Virus record (IMG/VR): IMGVR_UViG_3300044626_000606
Length of the DNA: 20,000 nucleotides
Direction: 5' to 3' (one strand)
From: an uncultured virus (IMG/VR IMGVR_UViG_3300044626_000606)
Lineage: Duplodnaviria > Heunggongvirae > Uroviricota > Caudoviricetes
Shown here: piece by piece, positions 1-8,179 of the stretch
Numbering within the stretch: the stretch's first letter is position 1
Layout: each line of letters starts with the position of its first letter
The notes under the pieces: model-generated
What the model was told of the DNA's origin: nothing
The model's input: only the letters and a program-made list of their open reading frames with translations
Database searches by the model: none
Translations under genes and position numbers: made by a program

Positions 1-1189
1 TCGCCTTCTGTTCGTGGTAGGCGGCAACCTCCGGCTTGTCTTTGGCGGCTTGGAGGGAGAAGGCCATCTCCTTGATGGCTTGGTAATTGCGGATGTCCAT
101 CAAGTCGGAGTCCTGGTTTTTGGACTTCCAGCGTTTCTTGGCCAAAACCTCAATGCATTCTGGGGCGGTGGCGTCACGGATGAAATACTTTCGGTGCCAA
201 GCGTTGTTGGCGTAAACCTCACCACGATCGATCAACACATTCCACCCGTCGGAATCACGGGTGTTATAACCAGGACCATTCTCGTGGAAGTCAAAGTTTC
301 GGTCAAAAATGTTGACTGGGTTGGTGTCCATCGAAGCAAAGAGGATCGTGCCGATGTCGCTTGGGATAAGGATTTCGTTGGTCTGGGTGACATTGAAGCG
401 GTAACGCTCGATTGTCCCGTACCATTTCCCAAGGGCAAAGAGAGACTCCTCGGCATCGTTGATAAGATTGACCATCTCGGCATCTGAAATTTTGATGCCG
501 TCGGTAAGATCAAGAGCCATCCTAGCACGAAACTCCCCGAGAGAGTAAGGTATGCTGGAATACACTTGGGTCTGAAAGTTGACCCTTCTGGCGGCCTCAA
601 CTGAACGATCCGTTTTGACCGTAAGTCTCTCGATGGCTTGTTCAAGGAAAGCTCTGGCAACATCAAGCTGACCGCCCTGTTCGCGCCAAAGGGCGAGAAC
701 CATAAGCTTGAGGGCGTCCAGATCCTGAATAATAAGTAGATCGTTATCGTTAACAGCTGGCTGATAATTGAGCTTACCCGTAATCTCAACACGGGGTACA
801 TTGATGCTGTCCCCGATCAGCTGGAAGGTGCGAAGATCCGAGGATGTGGGGGCAAACTGAAGCTGGACAAGTGAGGTGCTATCGGCCACAAAGGCTTGCA
901 CGCTATTGGTCATAAAACCAACATTGGCGGAAGTCTCGGCAATCCTTGTGGCAGACTCTAGGCCGAAACCGGCAAAAGTTGTGATGTTACCCGTATAGTC
1001 AGGTAGAGTGAACTGGCTGCCCGTCACGTTGACCGCATACTTAGCCATCACACCAAGCCAAGCACGATAGCTGTGAAGACGGCGTTGGGCTTCGTTGATT
1101 CTGGCGATTACCCGATCATCGCCGGGGTAAATGCCGTTATCGACATAGGGAGCTAGAAAAGCTTTGGCCTCTGAAAGTGTTACGGCCAT
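1..1189 (-). CDS. Putative head-tail adaptor / tail tubular protein A-like virion protein with two tandem ~210-aa repeats; runs off the left edge (>=396 aa)
   Basis: Missing from the ORF track because it has no stop in the window. Manual translation from ATG at 1189 (3 nt after the 152-aa gene's stop) is open to the edge: MAVTLSEAKAFLAPYVDNGIYPGDDRVIARINEAQRRLHSYRAWLG...AAYHEQKA. The 'T-L-x-E...INEA..RL' helical N-terminus resembles podovirus adaptor proteins; function inferred. Confidence 0.7.
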   Translation of the reverse strand, partial: MAVTLSEAKAFLAPYVDNGIYPGDDRVIARINEAQRRLHSYRAWLGVMAKYAVNVTGSQFTLPDYTGNITTFAGFGLESATRIAETSANVGFMTNSVQAFVADSTSLVQLQFAPTSSDLRTFQLIGDSINVPRVEITGKLNYQPAVNDNDLLIIQDLDALKLMVLALWREQGGQLDVARAFLEQAIERLTVKTDRSVEAARRVNFQTQVYSSIPYSLGEFRARMALDLTDGIKISDAEMVNLINDAEESLFALGKWYGTIERYRFNVTQTNEILIPSDIGTILFASMDTNPVNIFDRNFDFHENGPGYNTRDSDGWNVLIDRGEVYANNAWHRKYFIRDATAPECIEVLAKKRWKSKNQDSDLMDIRNYQAIKEMAFSLQAAKDKPEVAAYHEQKA

Positions 1190-1192
1190 TGC

Positions 1193-1651
1193 TTACTCCC
1201 CGAACACGACAAACGAAAGAAGTCCGTTGGTTAGGTCTGCAGCGGAGCCAGAACCGCTGGTGACTAATGTCACGGAAAAGCCGGAAGATGTCTTGGCGTG
1301 GTAGGAGGCGATAGGCTGTGTCGTGCCGGACGGAGAACCAGTGGAGACACCGACGGTCGTATTGATCGTGTAGTTGGCGGAAGAAAGAGAGTTGGTAAAA
1401 ATAACGGCATAGACGCCAGTACCAGTGCGATTGACGCTTGAGACATTGTATTGACGTTTGATCCCACCATTGGCAATGGTTCTGGGGTTGGTGGCTCCGG
1501 ATGTCACATCAAATTCTGCCCAAGCAACAGCCTGCACAGCCGTGTTGGTGGCCGAAGGAACAGCGTCGAGATACTGGGCAAAAAGCTCCAGCAAAGCCTG
1601 TGGGGTTCCGTAACAGGCGTCTGGGGGAAGGGTTCCTGGGACTAAAGCCAT
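1193..1651 (-). CDS. Short tail fibre / virion accessory protein (152 aa)
   Basis: ATG 3 nt after the upstream stop. The C-terminal 'AWAEFD...YNVSSVNRTGTGVYAVIFTNSLSSANY' segment resembles a domain common at phage tail-fibre C-termini. Confidence 0.65.
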   Translation of the reverse strand: MALVPGTLPPDACYGTPQALLELFAQYLDAVPSATNTAVQAVAWAEFDVTSGATNPRTIANGGIKRQYNVSSVNRTGTGVYAVIFTNSLSSANYTINTTVGVSTGSPSGTTQPIASYHAKTSSGFSVTLVTSGSGSAADLTNGLLSFVVFGE

Positions 1652-1654
1652 AAC

Positions 1655-3709
1655 TTATAACCTCGCTTGCACATGGGTTGCTATTACGGCGGAAGCGTCG
1701 TAACCGCGACAAGCCATTCCTGCGTAGTTAGATCCGGTGGTGTATAAGCTCCCGTCAGTTGTATGAACGGCTAGGGAGTAGGTGGTGCTGTATTTCCCGA
1801 TAAATGTAATGTCTTTTACGATTGTTTTGTCAATTCGAACTGGCAGAAAGCTAAGGGGTTGAGCCGAGTTACCGATCCCTAGATTACTATTTCCGTTGTA
1901 ACCAGTTGCATAAATAGTTCCGTCTGTCCTCAAAATAGCCGAAGAGGCAACTGAACTGGCTTGCCAAGAGCCAACTGTTAGTAACCTTGCCACATTACTG
2001 GAAGTATGCCCACCTGGGACAGCTGTTGGGGCAGAAACCGCATTAGTGGTCGTGCCAAGCCCAAGTTGCCGATAACCGTTGTACCCCCAAGCAACGAGAG
2101 ATCCGTCTGCCTTGAAGGCAAAAGCGTGACCGGCGGCATAGCCACCGTTGCCAAAAATATACCTTCCAGAACCAGTCGGGAAAATGGCACCACCTTGAAC
2201 TTGAGCCATATAGGTTGTTGAGGAATTGGAAAGACCACCGCCTTGACCAAGCTCTCCGTTGTTCTCGTAGCCAACCGAGTAAATTAAACCACCACTGGTT
2301 CTATAAAAAATGGCTGGGTAATTGCAATCGATTCCTGCAATTTCAACAATGTTGGTTAAGGGTGTACCAGACGAAACATTAACAAAATCAAAGGTAGTTT
2401 TGGCTAACGTATCGCCTCGACTTAATTGGGCGTGTCCGTTGTATCCGGCGGCCTTGGCACGACCGGACGAAAACAAAACTACGCAAACTGAGTATTGATT
2501 AACCCCAATAACGGCGATATCAGTTATGGTGGCGGCTCCGTCAGAACAACTTAAAATTTGTGGCGTGTTAGCGTCTGATGTGCCCCCGTTACCAAGTTGG
2601 CTGTGACCATTGTAGCCCCATCCGTATAAAGTCTGTGAGCCACCAGAGGTTTCGACGAGAGCTAGACAGGTTGTACGATCAGAACCGCTCGAGAAACTTG
2701 TGGCAAACTTTTTAACAACCCCACCACCGCTAAAGGTTATCTTCTCAAAGACAGTTGAATTTTGCGCATAATTTGTTATTACACCTGTAAAACCACGACC
2801 AAGCTGTCCGTATCCGTTATACCCCGCACTCCACAAAGACCCATCGGCGCACAAGACATAAACAGATTCGGATGAAGTGTAAATAGAAATCGGCTTTAGT
2901 TTGTTACCGGAATAGTCAACGATTGGGATGTTAATCGGGTTTAAAGCATCGTTATTGTCTGAACCAGTAGCTAAACAATAGTTATAATTATTTCCAGCAA
3001 CAAGTATGTCGTCGTTAGACGAAATTGAATAGAATTGGTACCCACCACCTCTAGTACGCATCCCATCGTCAACCAGCAATGGCTGAACCATTGCGTAAGC
3101 CACAGCGGAAGCTCCAGATCCTGCGCCAACTGCGGTAATCGTAACAGTTGGATTTTGATCGGTGTAACCAGACCCACCATCAGTTATCGTAATGGCTGTT
3201 ACACTATTCCCGACAACAGTAGCCGTTGCCGTGGCTGTAACGCCAGAAGGAGGGGCGGCAATCGAAACTGTTACACCAGATGTGTAACCAGATCCGCCAG
3301 CCAGCACGACAACGCCTTTGACGGAGCCGGTTGTCGGGATAGTGGTGCCAGAACGGGCTTGAGATCCACGAGCAATGTCGGCTCGGACCGTGGATGCCAA
3401 CTTTGCGGAAGTAACATTATCGTTTGCAATTTTGGCGGTCGTTACTGCTGAATCGTTGATCTTGGCCGTCTCGACTGCGCTAGTGCCAATAGCCGCCGCA
3501 TCCACAGCACCAGCCGCAAGTTTCGGAGTGGTAACCGATCCGTTGGCGAGTTGGGTAGTCCCGACTGAACCAGCTGGAGGAACGCCAATAGCGGCTTTAA
3601 CTACGGCTCCAGTTACTTTCTTCGTAACTCCCCCAGATACAAGGGGTAACACATCCGTGTCGGAGAAGGTCGCCGAGGTGGTTAGAGCAGAGATTTTTAC
3701 GCCAGCCAT
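1655..3709 (-). CDS. Tail fibre / receptor-binding protein with 10-aa shaft repeats and C-terminal RCC1/BLIP-II-like beta-propeller (684 aa)
   Basis: N-terminal 'VKISALT...DVLPLV..GVTKKVT' virion-anchor-like motif; 10-aa repeats; two GGSGYT motifs; repeated RCC1-like units (DGSLWSAGYNGYGQLG, LYGWGYNGHSQLG, KAAGYNGHAQLS, IYSVGYENNGELG, DGSLVAWGYNGYRQLG, DGTIYATGYNGNSNLG, DGSLYTTGSN). Confidence 0.8.
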   Translation of the reverse strand: MAGVKISALTTSATFSDTDVLPLVSGGVTKKVTGAVVKAAIGVPPAGSVGTTQLANGSVTTPKLAAGAVDAAAIGTSAVETAKINDSAVTTAKIANDNVTSAKLASTVRADIARGSQARSGTTIPTTGSVKGVVVLAGGSGYTSGVTVSIAAPPSGVTATATATVVGNSVTAITITDGGSGYTDQNPTVTITAVGAGSGASAVAYAMVQPLLVDDGMRTRGGGYQFYSISSNDDILVAGNNYNYCLATGSDNNDALNPINIPIVDYSGNKLKPISIYTSSESVYVLCADGSLWSAGYNGYGQLGRGFTGVITNYAQNSTVFEKITFSGGGVVKKFATSFSSGSDRTTCLALVETSGGSQTLYGWGYNGHSQLGNGGTSDANTPQILSCSDGAATITDIAVIGVNQYSVCVVLFSSGRAKAAGYNGHAQLSRGDTLAKTTFDFVNVSSGTPLTNIVEIAGIDCNYPAIFYRTSGGLIYSVGYENNGELGQGGGLSNSSTTYMAQVQGGAIFPTGSGRYIFGNGGYAAGHAFAFKADGSLVAWGYNGYRQLGLGTTTNAVSAPTAVPGGHTSSNVARLLTVGSWQASSVASSAILRTDGTIYATGYNGNSNLGIGNSAQPLSFLPVRIDKTIVKDITFIGKYSTTYSLAVHTTDGSLYTTGSNYAGMACRGYDASAVIATHVQARL
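3398..3574 (-). repeat. About six tandem 10-aa repeats ([GDS]-[SAN]-V-x-x-x-x-[LI]-x-x) in the fibre shaft
   Basis: GSVGTTQLAN/GSVTTPKLAA/GAVDAAAIGT/SAVETAKIND/SAVTTAKIAN/DNVTSAKLA in the translation. Confidence 0.8.
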
Positions 3710-3719
3710 AAACGAGGTA

Positions 3720-3887
3720 CTATGTTTTTATCTCCAAAGAATCTTCTGTCAACAGGGTGTCGCCATCCGCAATGTTCGGATCTGTGGCGGAAGGGTCTTC
3801 GCCAAGCAAAACAAAGGAAGTCTCAACCCTAAAGTTTAGGATTGGTTCTGGGCAACAATCAAGTTCCTGGCAAGTTTCGTCGGCCAT
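3720..3887 (-). CDS. Small acidic Cys-containing hypothetical virion protein (55 aa), below the ORF-track cutoff
   Basis: ATG at 3887, 1 nt after the TAA of the 789-aa gene; MADETCQELDCCPEPILNFRVETSFVLLGEDPSATDPNIADGDTLLTEDSLEIKT then TAG at 3720-3722; fills the gap ahead of the fibre gene. Confidence 0.65.
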   Translation of the reverse strand: MADETCQELDCCPEPILNFRVETSFVLLGEDPSATDPNIADGDTLLTEDSLEIKT

Positions 3888-3888
3888 A

Positions 3889-6258
3889 TTACCCTAGCTC
3901 CACATAATCGATTCCTTGGTACTGCTCAAGGATTCGCTGGCAAAGGATAAGGAAACGGCTGACCGTGGCCTTGCCAGACCATTCAATACGAACCTGGAAG
4001 TCGTTCCCGTAGGTGTACGGCTTGTTAACGATTGGGTCAACATCCTCGGAAGGCGTCGGCATGCGGATCTGGGGGCGGTACTGAGCCCTAAAGTTTTTGG
4101 CTGAAAATTCGGCATCACATTGCTGGGTGGCTGGGTCTTGGACTGGCGTGACGATAAGGTTTGTGACAACAGTTCCGCCGATCGTCACTGGGCCAGTGAT
4201 CGTGTACACATAGGACGGGAAGGTTCCGCTTCTGGAGACAGAAGCGTGAGTGATGCCTGCGGCGGTCAGAGCCGCAGAGACAGTCGAGCTATCGTTAGCC
4301 TGTTCAGCAAATGACAAGAGACTGGTGTAGACCTTGTCTGCCACGATTCGGTAGTTCCGCAGAGCCGAAGAGGAGTATGTCAAAGTCCAATTACCACCAG
4401 ATTCGGAAACGCTCGGGGTACCCGTAACGCAATTCTCAACCGTGGCACAACGGGAGAAACTGTGCCAGGGTCTCCAGCAAGGGTACTCATCTGGACGCCA
4501 GTAAATATTGAAGTTGGCTTCCCCGTTGAGTTCGGCCAGCCAGAAGTCTGCGCGAATAAGCCGTTTTTGTTCCAAAGGGTTTCCGAGGGACATTGCACGA
4601 GTTTCAAGAATAGAACTGATTGGCGACTGAGAACCACCAGAAACAATGTCGTATTCCCGATCCTTGGTGATCTCCCAGAGACCGAGAAGACCGGAATTGA
4701 CATAATCCAGATTAACGGCGTAAGCCTTGGGGATACCCGCAACGGAGCCAGAGTAAAGCTGGACGACATCCAGACCAGTCCAGATCCCGTCGTAGGCTGG
4801 GCTTCTCTTGCCACCAGTGCCAGTAATGGATGTAAAATCAAGGGCAACAAGACCGCTAAAAGTCACTGGACGGCGTTTGCCGGTGCTGAGAATCGGGCTG
4901 TTGGAGTAATCGACTTTGGGGCTGCAGGTAAACAAAAGCCGATTATCAAACACAGTGCTGCTCACATAATTAAGATAGTTACGGCTGTCCCGATCCAGGA
5001 CATAGTTCATCTCGGTGGAGATCGGGACTTGCCCGTAATCCGATCGTTCGGCTCTGGAGTTGCGATAGCTCCGAAGCCCGTCAAAAGCTCTAAAGAAGAT
5101 ATCACCGTTGGTCGAAGAGATGCTGTCGTGGCTGGTGCATCCGATCTCTGTTAGGGAAATCCGCTGGAAACCAGATGTGGTTTTCCAGGCAGTTCTGGGA
5201 ACCGAGACAGAAAGCGAGACAACGCCACGCTCGCAGAAAACAATAAGATCTCCTTGGCCAGTGCCGGTATCTTGAATGGGTACGAAGGTAAGACCAGTGA
5301 TCTTTCCGAGGAAAGTGGCTGGCTGGAGGGCACCACCTTCGTTTAGATAGGTAAGTTCAGTAAACTTGAGGAGATCCGACTCTTGACCCGCATTGGCCTT
5401 GGAAACATACCCGCCAGTTCCGGTTGCACTTGTATCTGAATAATCAATATCAAAAGTGGTGGAAGCTGGGATCGCTGAAATTTCCCAAGTACCGTTAATA
5501 AAATGTTCGCTACTATGGCCAGAAATTGAAATAACATCGCCGGCGGCAAATCCGTGATTTGATGTGGTCGTTAAGCGATATTTTCCTCCGGAAGCCACAC
5601 CACTGGTAATCTCGATTTGAGTTGTGCTTCCGCCGTAAACAAGGTCTCCAGCAAAAATCTTGGTGCGGGAGGCGTTGGTCACAAACAAGCGACCTTGGCC
5701 GTAGGCCATAATCGTTCCAGGCCCGACATTGTGGATCTGCGAGACGGCTCCCGTGGAAAGCGTAGGGCCAACACCAGATTGGTAGAGATAGTCTCCGTCC
5801 CAAATCAGTGGCGTGTTTACCCCGTCTTGGATGACAAGATAACGCTCGGCTCTTGCGAAGTAGCAACGAGAAACTGCATCTAAGCGATGAGCGGTGTCAT
5901 CGGCACCAGCCGCAGTTCTGGGGTAAAGACGATCCACGACATAGGTGGAAAGGTTGATCTTAACGACATAGCCGTCGACCACGCAGATAAGCGATGAATC
6001 CTTGTTCCCACGGGTTTCGGAGTAGAGGAAACCACCTTGGTAATACCCACTGGAAAAGAGATCCAAACCAGAGCCAACACCGTCAGATAGGGCAAGCTGT
6101 GAGAAGCCTGGGCGGTTGGTGGGCTTGCCACCCCTAAAAGTTACATTGACGGCTCTGGCAACGCTATTGGGTGCGATAAGCTGTGGGCTTAAGTTGGAGT
6201 CCATACCACCAGACCAGTCAACTTGGCCGTCCACGAGTAATGTTGCGTCGCTGATCAC
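3889..6258 (-). CDS. Tail tubular protein B / head-stabilisation (nozzle-like, T7 gp12 or P22 gp10-like) protein (789 aa)
   Basis: Size, N-terminal 'DWSGGMDS.LSPQLI..N....AVNV.FRGG....RPG' pattern, beta-rich propeller-like body (GRLFV, IGCTSHDSI, GDIFF, FDNRLL) and C-terminal 'FQVRIEWSG' strand; tail-module position. Confidence 0.7.
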   Translation of the reverse strand: MISDATLLVDGQVDWSGGMDSNLSPQLIAPNSVARAVNVTFRGGKPTNRPGFSQLALSDGVGSGLDLFSSGYYQGGFLYSETRGNKDSSLICVVDGYVVKINLSTYVVDRLYPRTAAGADDTAHRLDAVSRCYFARAERYLVIQDGVNTPLIWDGDYLYQSGVGPTLSTGAVSQIHNVGPGTIMAYGQGRLFVTNASRTKIFAGDLVYGGSTTQIEITSGVASGGKYRLTTTSNHGFAAGDVISISGHSSEHFINGTWEISAIPASTTFDIDYSDTSATGTGGYVSKANAGQESDLLKFTELTYLNEGGALQPATFLGKITGLTFVPIQDTGTGQGDLIVFCERGVVSLSVSVPRTAWKTTSGFQRISLTEIGCTSHDSISSTNGDIFFRAFDGLRSYRNSRAERSDYGQVPISTEMNYVLDRDSRNYLNYVSSTVFDNRLLFTCSPKVDYSNSPILSTGKRRPVTFSGLVALDFTSITGTGGKRSPAYDGIWTGLDVVQLYSGSVAGIPKAYAVNLDYVNSGLLGLWEITKDREYDIVSGGSQSPISSILETRAMSLGNPLEQKRLIRADFWLAELNGEANFNIYWRPDEYPCWRPWHSFSRCATVENCVTGTPSVSESGGNWTLTYSSSALRNYRIVADKVYTSLLSFAEQANDSSTVSAALTAAGITHASVSRSGTFPSYVYTITGPVTIGGTVVTNLIVTPVQDPATQQCDAEFSAKNFRAQYRPQIRMPTPSEDVDPIVNKPYTYGNDFQVRIEWSGKATVSRFLILCQRILEQYQGIDYVELG

Positions 6259-6267
6259 GGCTTAAGT

Positions 6268-6672
6268 CTATCCTCTTTTCGGGGTACGCAAGACATCCCA
6301 GTTGTCCCGCCACTCGCAGTTGGGGGCGAAATAGACCGATTGAGTGCGTGGGAGCTTTTCAAAAGGCACCACGAAAACCGCATTGAGCTTGGTATGGTAG
6401 AAAACAAACGCATCCACCACCCCCTTGCTGTAGGGCTTTTTTGTGTTGAGTTGTTGGAACCCAGACCCACGTAGGGCAAAAAACTTTAGCTTCGAGCGTC
6501 TGGAATCTTCGTATCCAGAGGTGGTCTTGACTTGGATGCGTTTTAAAGTCCCCTTGTAATCCGTGATCAAATCGTAGCCTTGGTCATAGATAGGTTGGCT
6601 AACAAGGAAGCCTTGCTCCAAGAGCACGGAGGTCACTTTGCAAACCCCAATGGCTCCAATAGCCTGACTCAT
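6268..6672 (-). CDS. PD-(D/E)XK endonuclease, group I intron-associated/homing-like family (134 aa)
   Basis: 'G..G...V...LL.QGF.VS.P', 'YDLI.D' and 'RIQVKT' catalytic-type motifs plus 'VDAFVFY'; ATGA overlap with the endolysin stop. Confidence 0.75.
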   Translation of the reverse strand: MSQAIGAIGVCKVTSVLLEQGFLVSQPIYDQGYDLITDYKGTLKRIQVKTTSGYEDSRRSKLKFFALRGSGFQQLNTKKPYSKGVVDAFVFYHTKLNAVFVVPFEKLPRTQSVYFAPNCEWRDNWDVLRTPKRG

Positions 6673-7199
6673 AGCCAGTCCTTCCCGAGAACATTGACAG
6701 CCAATCGGCGACGGCGGTAAACGCCATCTCCGTCACGGCTCCCGCCACCATTGGTGTTCCCCTCGATGGTCACAAGCCAGTCACCCTCGTTTTTCTCAAC
6801 CAAACCGACATGAGCAACACGACCCATAGAGTTAAACCAAATCCCAAAAACATCGGCTGGTTTGAGGGGTGTGCCTCTCCGCTGGCGATCCCAAGTCGGC
6901 TTTGCCAGGAAAACTGGAGACCAGCCAGATCTCGGGTAAGGGTTAAAGATGGTCGATCCGAAGGCTTTGTCACCGACCCAGACAATGAAGGCTGCACACC
7001 AGGGGGCTTTCGTTCCGGCAAGGTTTACGGATGCGAGGATCTCGTCCACCACGGGCCCGTCGTTGCGTCCACTTGCCTCTCGAATCCCGATAGATTTACG
7101 GGCCTGTTCGACGATGAGAAGCCTCTCCTTTTCAACTCCTGGGCCAGCCAGACAGTCGGAAAGAAACGCAAGAAAAAGCGCAACATAAACTATTTGCAT
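6669..7199 (-). CDS. CHAP-domain endolysin (cysteine amidase/peptidase) with N-terminal signal-like sequence (176 aa)
   Basis: Catalytic 'PWCAAF' Cys, 'AHVGLV' His and 'TIEGNT' motifs. Start re-assigned to ATG 7199 (MQIVYVALFLAFLSDCLA), overlapping the upstream holin-like gene by 10 nt. Confidence 0.85.
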   Translation of the reverse strand: MQIVYVALFLAFLSDCLAGPGVEKERLLIVEQARKSIGIREASGRNDGPVVDEILASVNLAGTKAPWCAAFIVWVGDKAFGSTIFNPYPRSGWSPVFLAKPTWDRQRRGTPLKPADVFGIWFNSMGRVAHVGLVEKNEGDWLVTIEGNTNGGGSRDGDGVYRRRRLAVNVLGKDWL

Positions 7200-7531
7200 G
7201 AAAGGATTGCGGAGATCAAGAGGATCCCAAAAACCAAAACAAAGATCTTCAACCTTGTTCCAGCGCAAGCTTCCTTCCAGTCATCCTTGAGAACGCCCTT
7301 GTCAACATACCGATCAAGAATCTTCCAATCCAACTGGAGCACGCTCCAAGCTAGGAACGTGCAGAAAAGAAACCGAACAGCCCCAAATGCAAGAACATGG
7401 AGGCTCCCTAAATCAACCGTGCCAGCCGTGGTGTCGAAACCCTGCAAGATTGGGCCGAGAAGAAAGAAAATGATGATAGCGACAAGCAAAGCCGCAAGAC
7501 CCTGCAAGTTGGATCTAAGCCAGCGGATCAC
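7190..7531 (-). CDS. Putative holin, three predicted transmembrane segments (113 aa)
   Basis: Hydrophobic stretches GLAALLVAIIIFFLLGPIL, LHVLAFGAVRFLFCTFLAWSVL and IFVLVFGILLISAIL; immediately upstream of the endolysin. Confidence 0.6.
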   Translation of the reverse strand: MIRWLRSNLQGLAALLVAIIIFFLLGPILQGFDTTAGTVDLGSLHVLAFGAVRFLFCTFLAWSVLQLDWKILDRYVDKGVLKDDWKEACAGTRLKIFVLVFGILLISAILSCK

Positions 7532-7929
7532 CAGGGGATCCCCACAAACTTACGCACCAGCCAAAGAATTGGACCACGGGCGGCAAAAAGCACCGCCACA
7601 ATCAAAGCACCACGCCAAAACCAAAGTTCCTTCAAGGCTTTGCGTTGCTTTTCTTTCCAGTACTCGGCCTTGGCGAGAGCTTCGTTGCGTTCACGAACTG
7701 CTTCTTCCAGCTGTTGAGAATTAGTGAGACATAGGTCTTTTGCAGACTTAAGTTGTTTCTGGGCTTCTTCAATGTGCTTGCGAACCTCTGGGCTTGCGGA
7801 TTGTTTGGCTAGGTCGAGCCTTGTCTCAGCAACAGAAAAGTCGGGAGACCCCTTGTAAGAGGTTGTGGAACAGGAAACTAGAAAAAGGCATAGCGGCAAT
7901 AGTAAAATGCCCATGCCAGATGATTTCAC
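7528..7929 (-). CDS. Putative unimolecular spanin: N-terminal lipoprotein signal, coiled coil, C-terminal transmembrane segment
   Basis: Likely start GTG 7929 (or ATG 7914): MKSSGMGILLLPLCLFLVS-C lipobox; charged helical middle; C-terminal LWFWRGALIVAVLFAA hydrophobic segment; inside the lysis cassette. Confidence 0.65.
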   Translation of the reverse strand: MKSSGMGILLLPLCLFLVSCSTTSYKGSPDFSVAETRLDLAKQSASPEVRKHIEEAQKQLKSAKDLCLTNSQQLEEAVRERNEALAKAEYWKEKQRKALKELWFWRGALIVAVLFAARGPILWLVRKFVGIPW

Positions 7930-7948
7930 GGATTTTCGAAAAGACAAG

Positions 7949-8179
7949 CTAATTCCCGTGAAGTTTACCCCAAATCCAACTCCAAGCCACAGAGACAACA
8001 AAGCCTACTGCCCCGGCCCAGCCGAAGGCAACATTCATTTGTTTTTCGAGATGACGAAGCCTCTCGTCGTGACCGACAAGATGTCCGTCGTGGCGTTTCA
8101 GCAGATCCGTCAAAGCATCAAGCTTTGCGTCCAGACCCGCTAGCCTTGCCACTATCTCTGATACTTCCTTCCTTGGCAT
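7949..8179 (-). CDS. Small coiled-coil protein with C-terminal TM helix (XhlA-like holin or antiholin candidate, 76 aa)
   Basis: Heptad pattern LAGLDAKLDALTDLL...HDERLRHLEKQ followed by VAFGWAGAVGFVVSVAWSWIW; first gene of the lysis cassette. Confidence 0.6.
   Translation of the reverse strand: MPRKEVSEIVARLAGLDAKLDALTDLLKRHDGHLVGHDERLRHLEKQMNVAFGWAGAVGFVVSVAWSWIWGKLHGN

Noticed and set aside
14..801. 157-aa plus and 189-aa minus track ORFs
   Set aside because: Both overlap the longer minus-strand frame 1189 to <1, which has a coupled start and internal repeats.
1193..3709. Diversity-generating retroelement target in the fibre genes
   Set aside because: No reverse transcriptase and no template/variable repeat pair seen in the window.
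3723..3760. TTGACA upstream of the RCC1 fibre gene
   Set aside because: No convincing TAnnnT -10 box at a suitable spacing; lies inside the 55-aa ORF.
6810..7724. 304-aa plus-strand ORF over the lysis cassette
   Set aside because: Antisense to three well-supported genes; Arg/Lys/Pro-rich with no domain signal.
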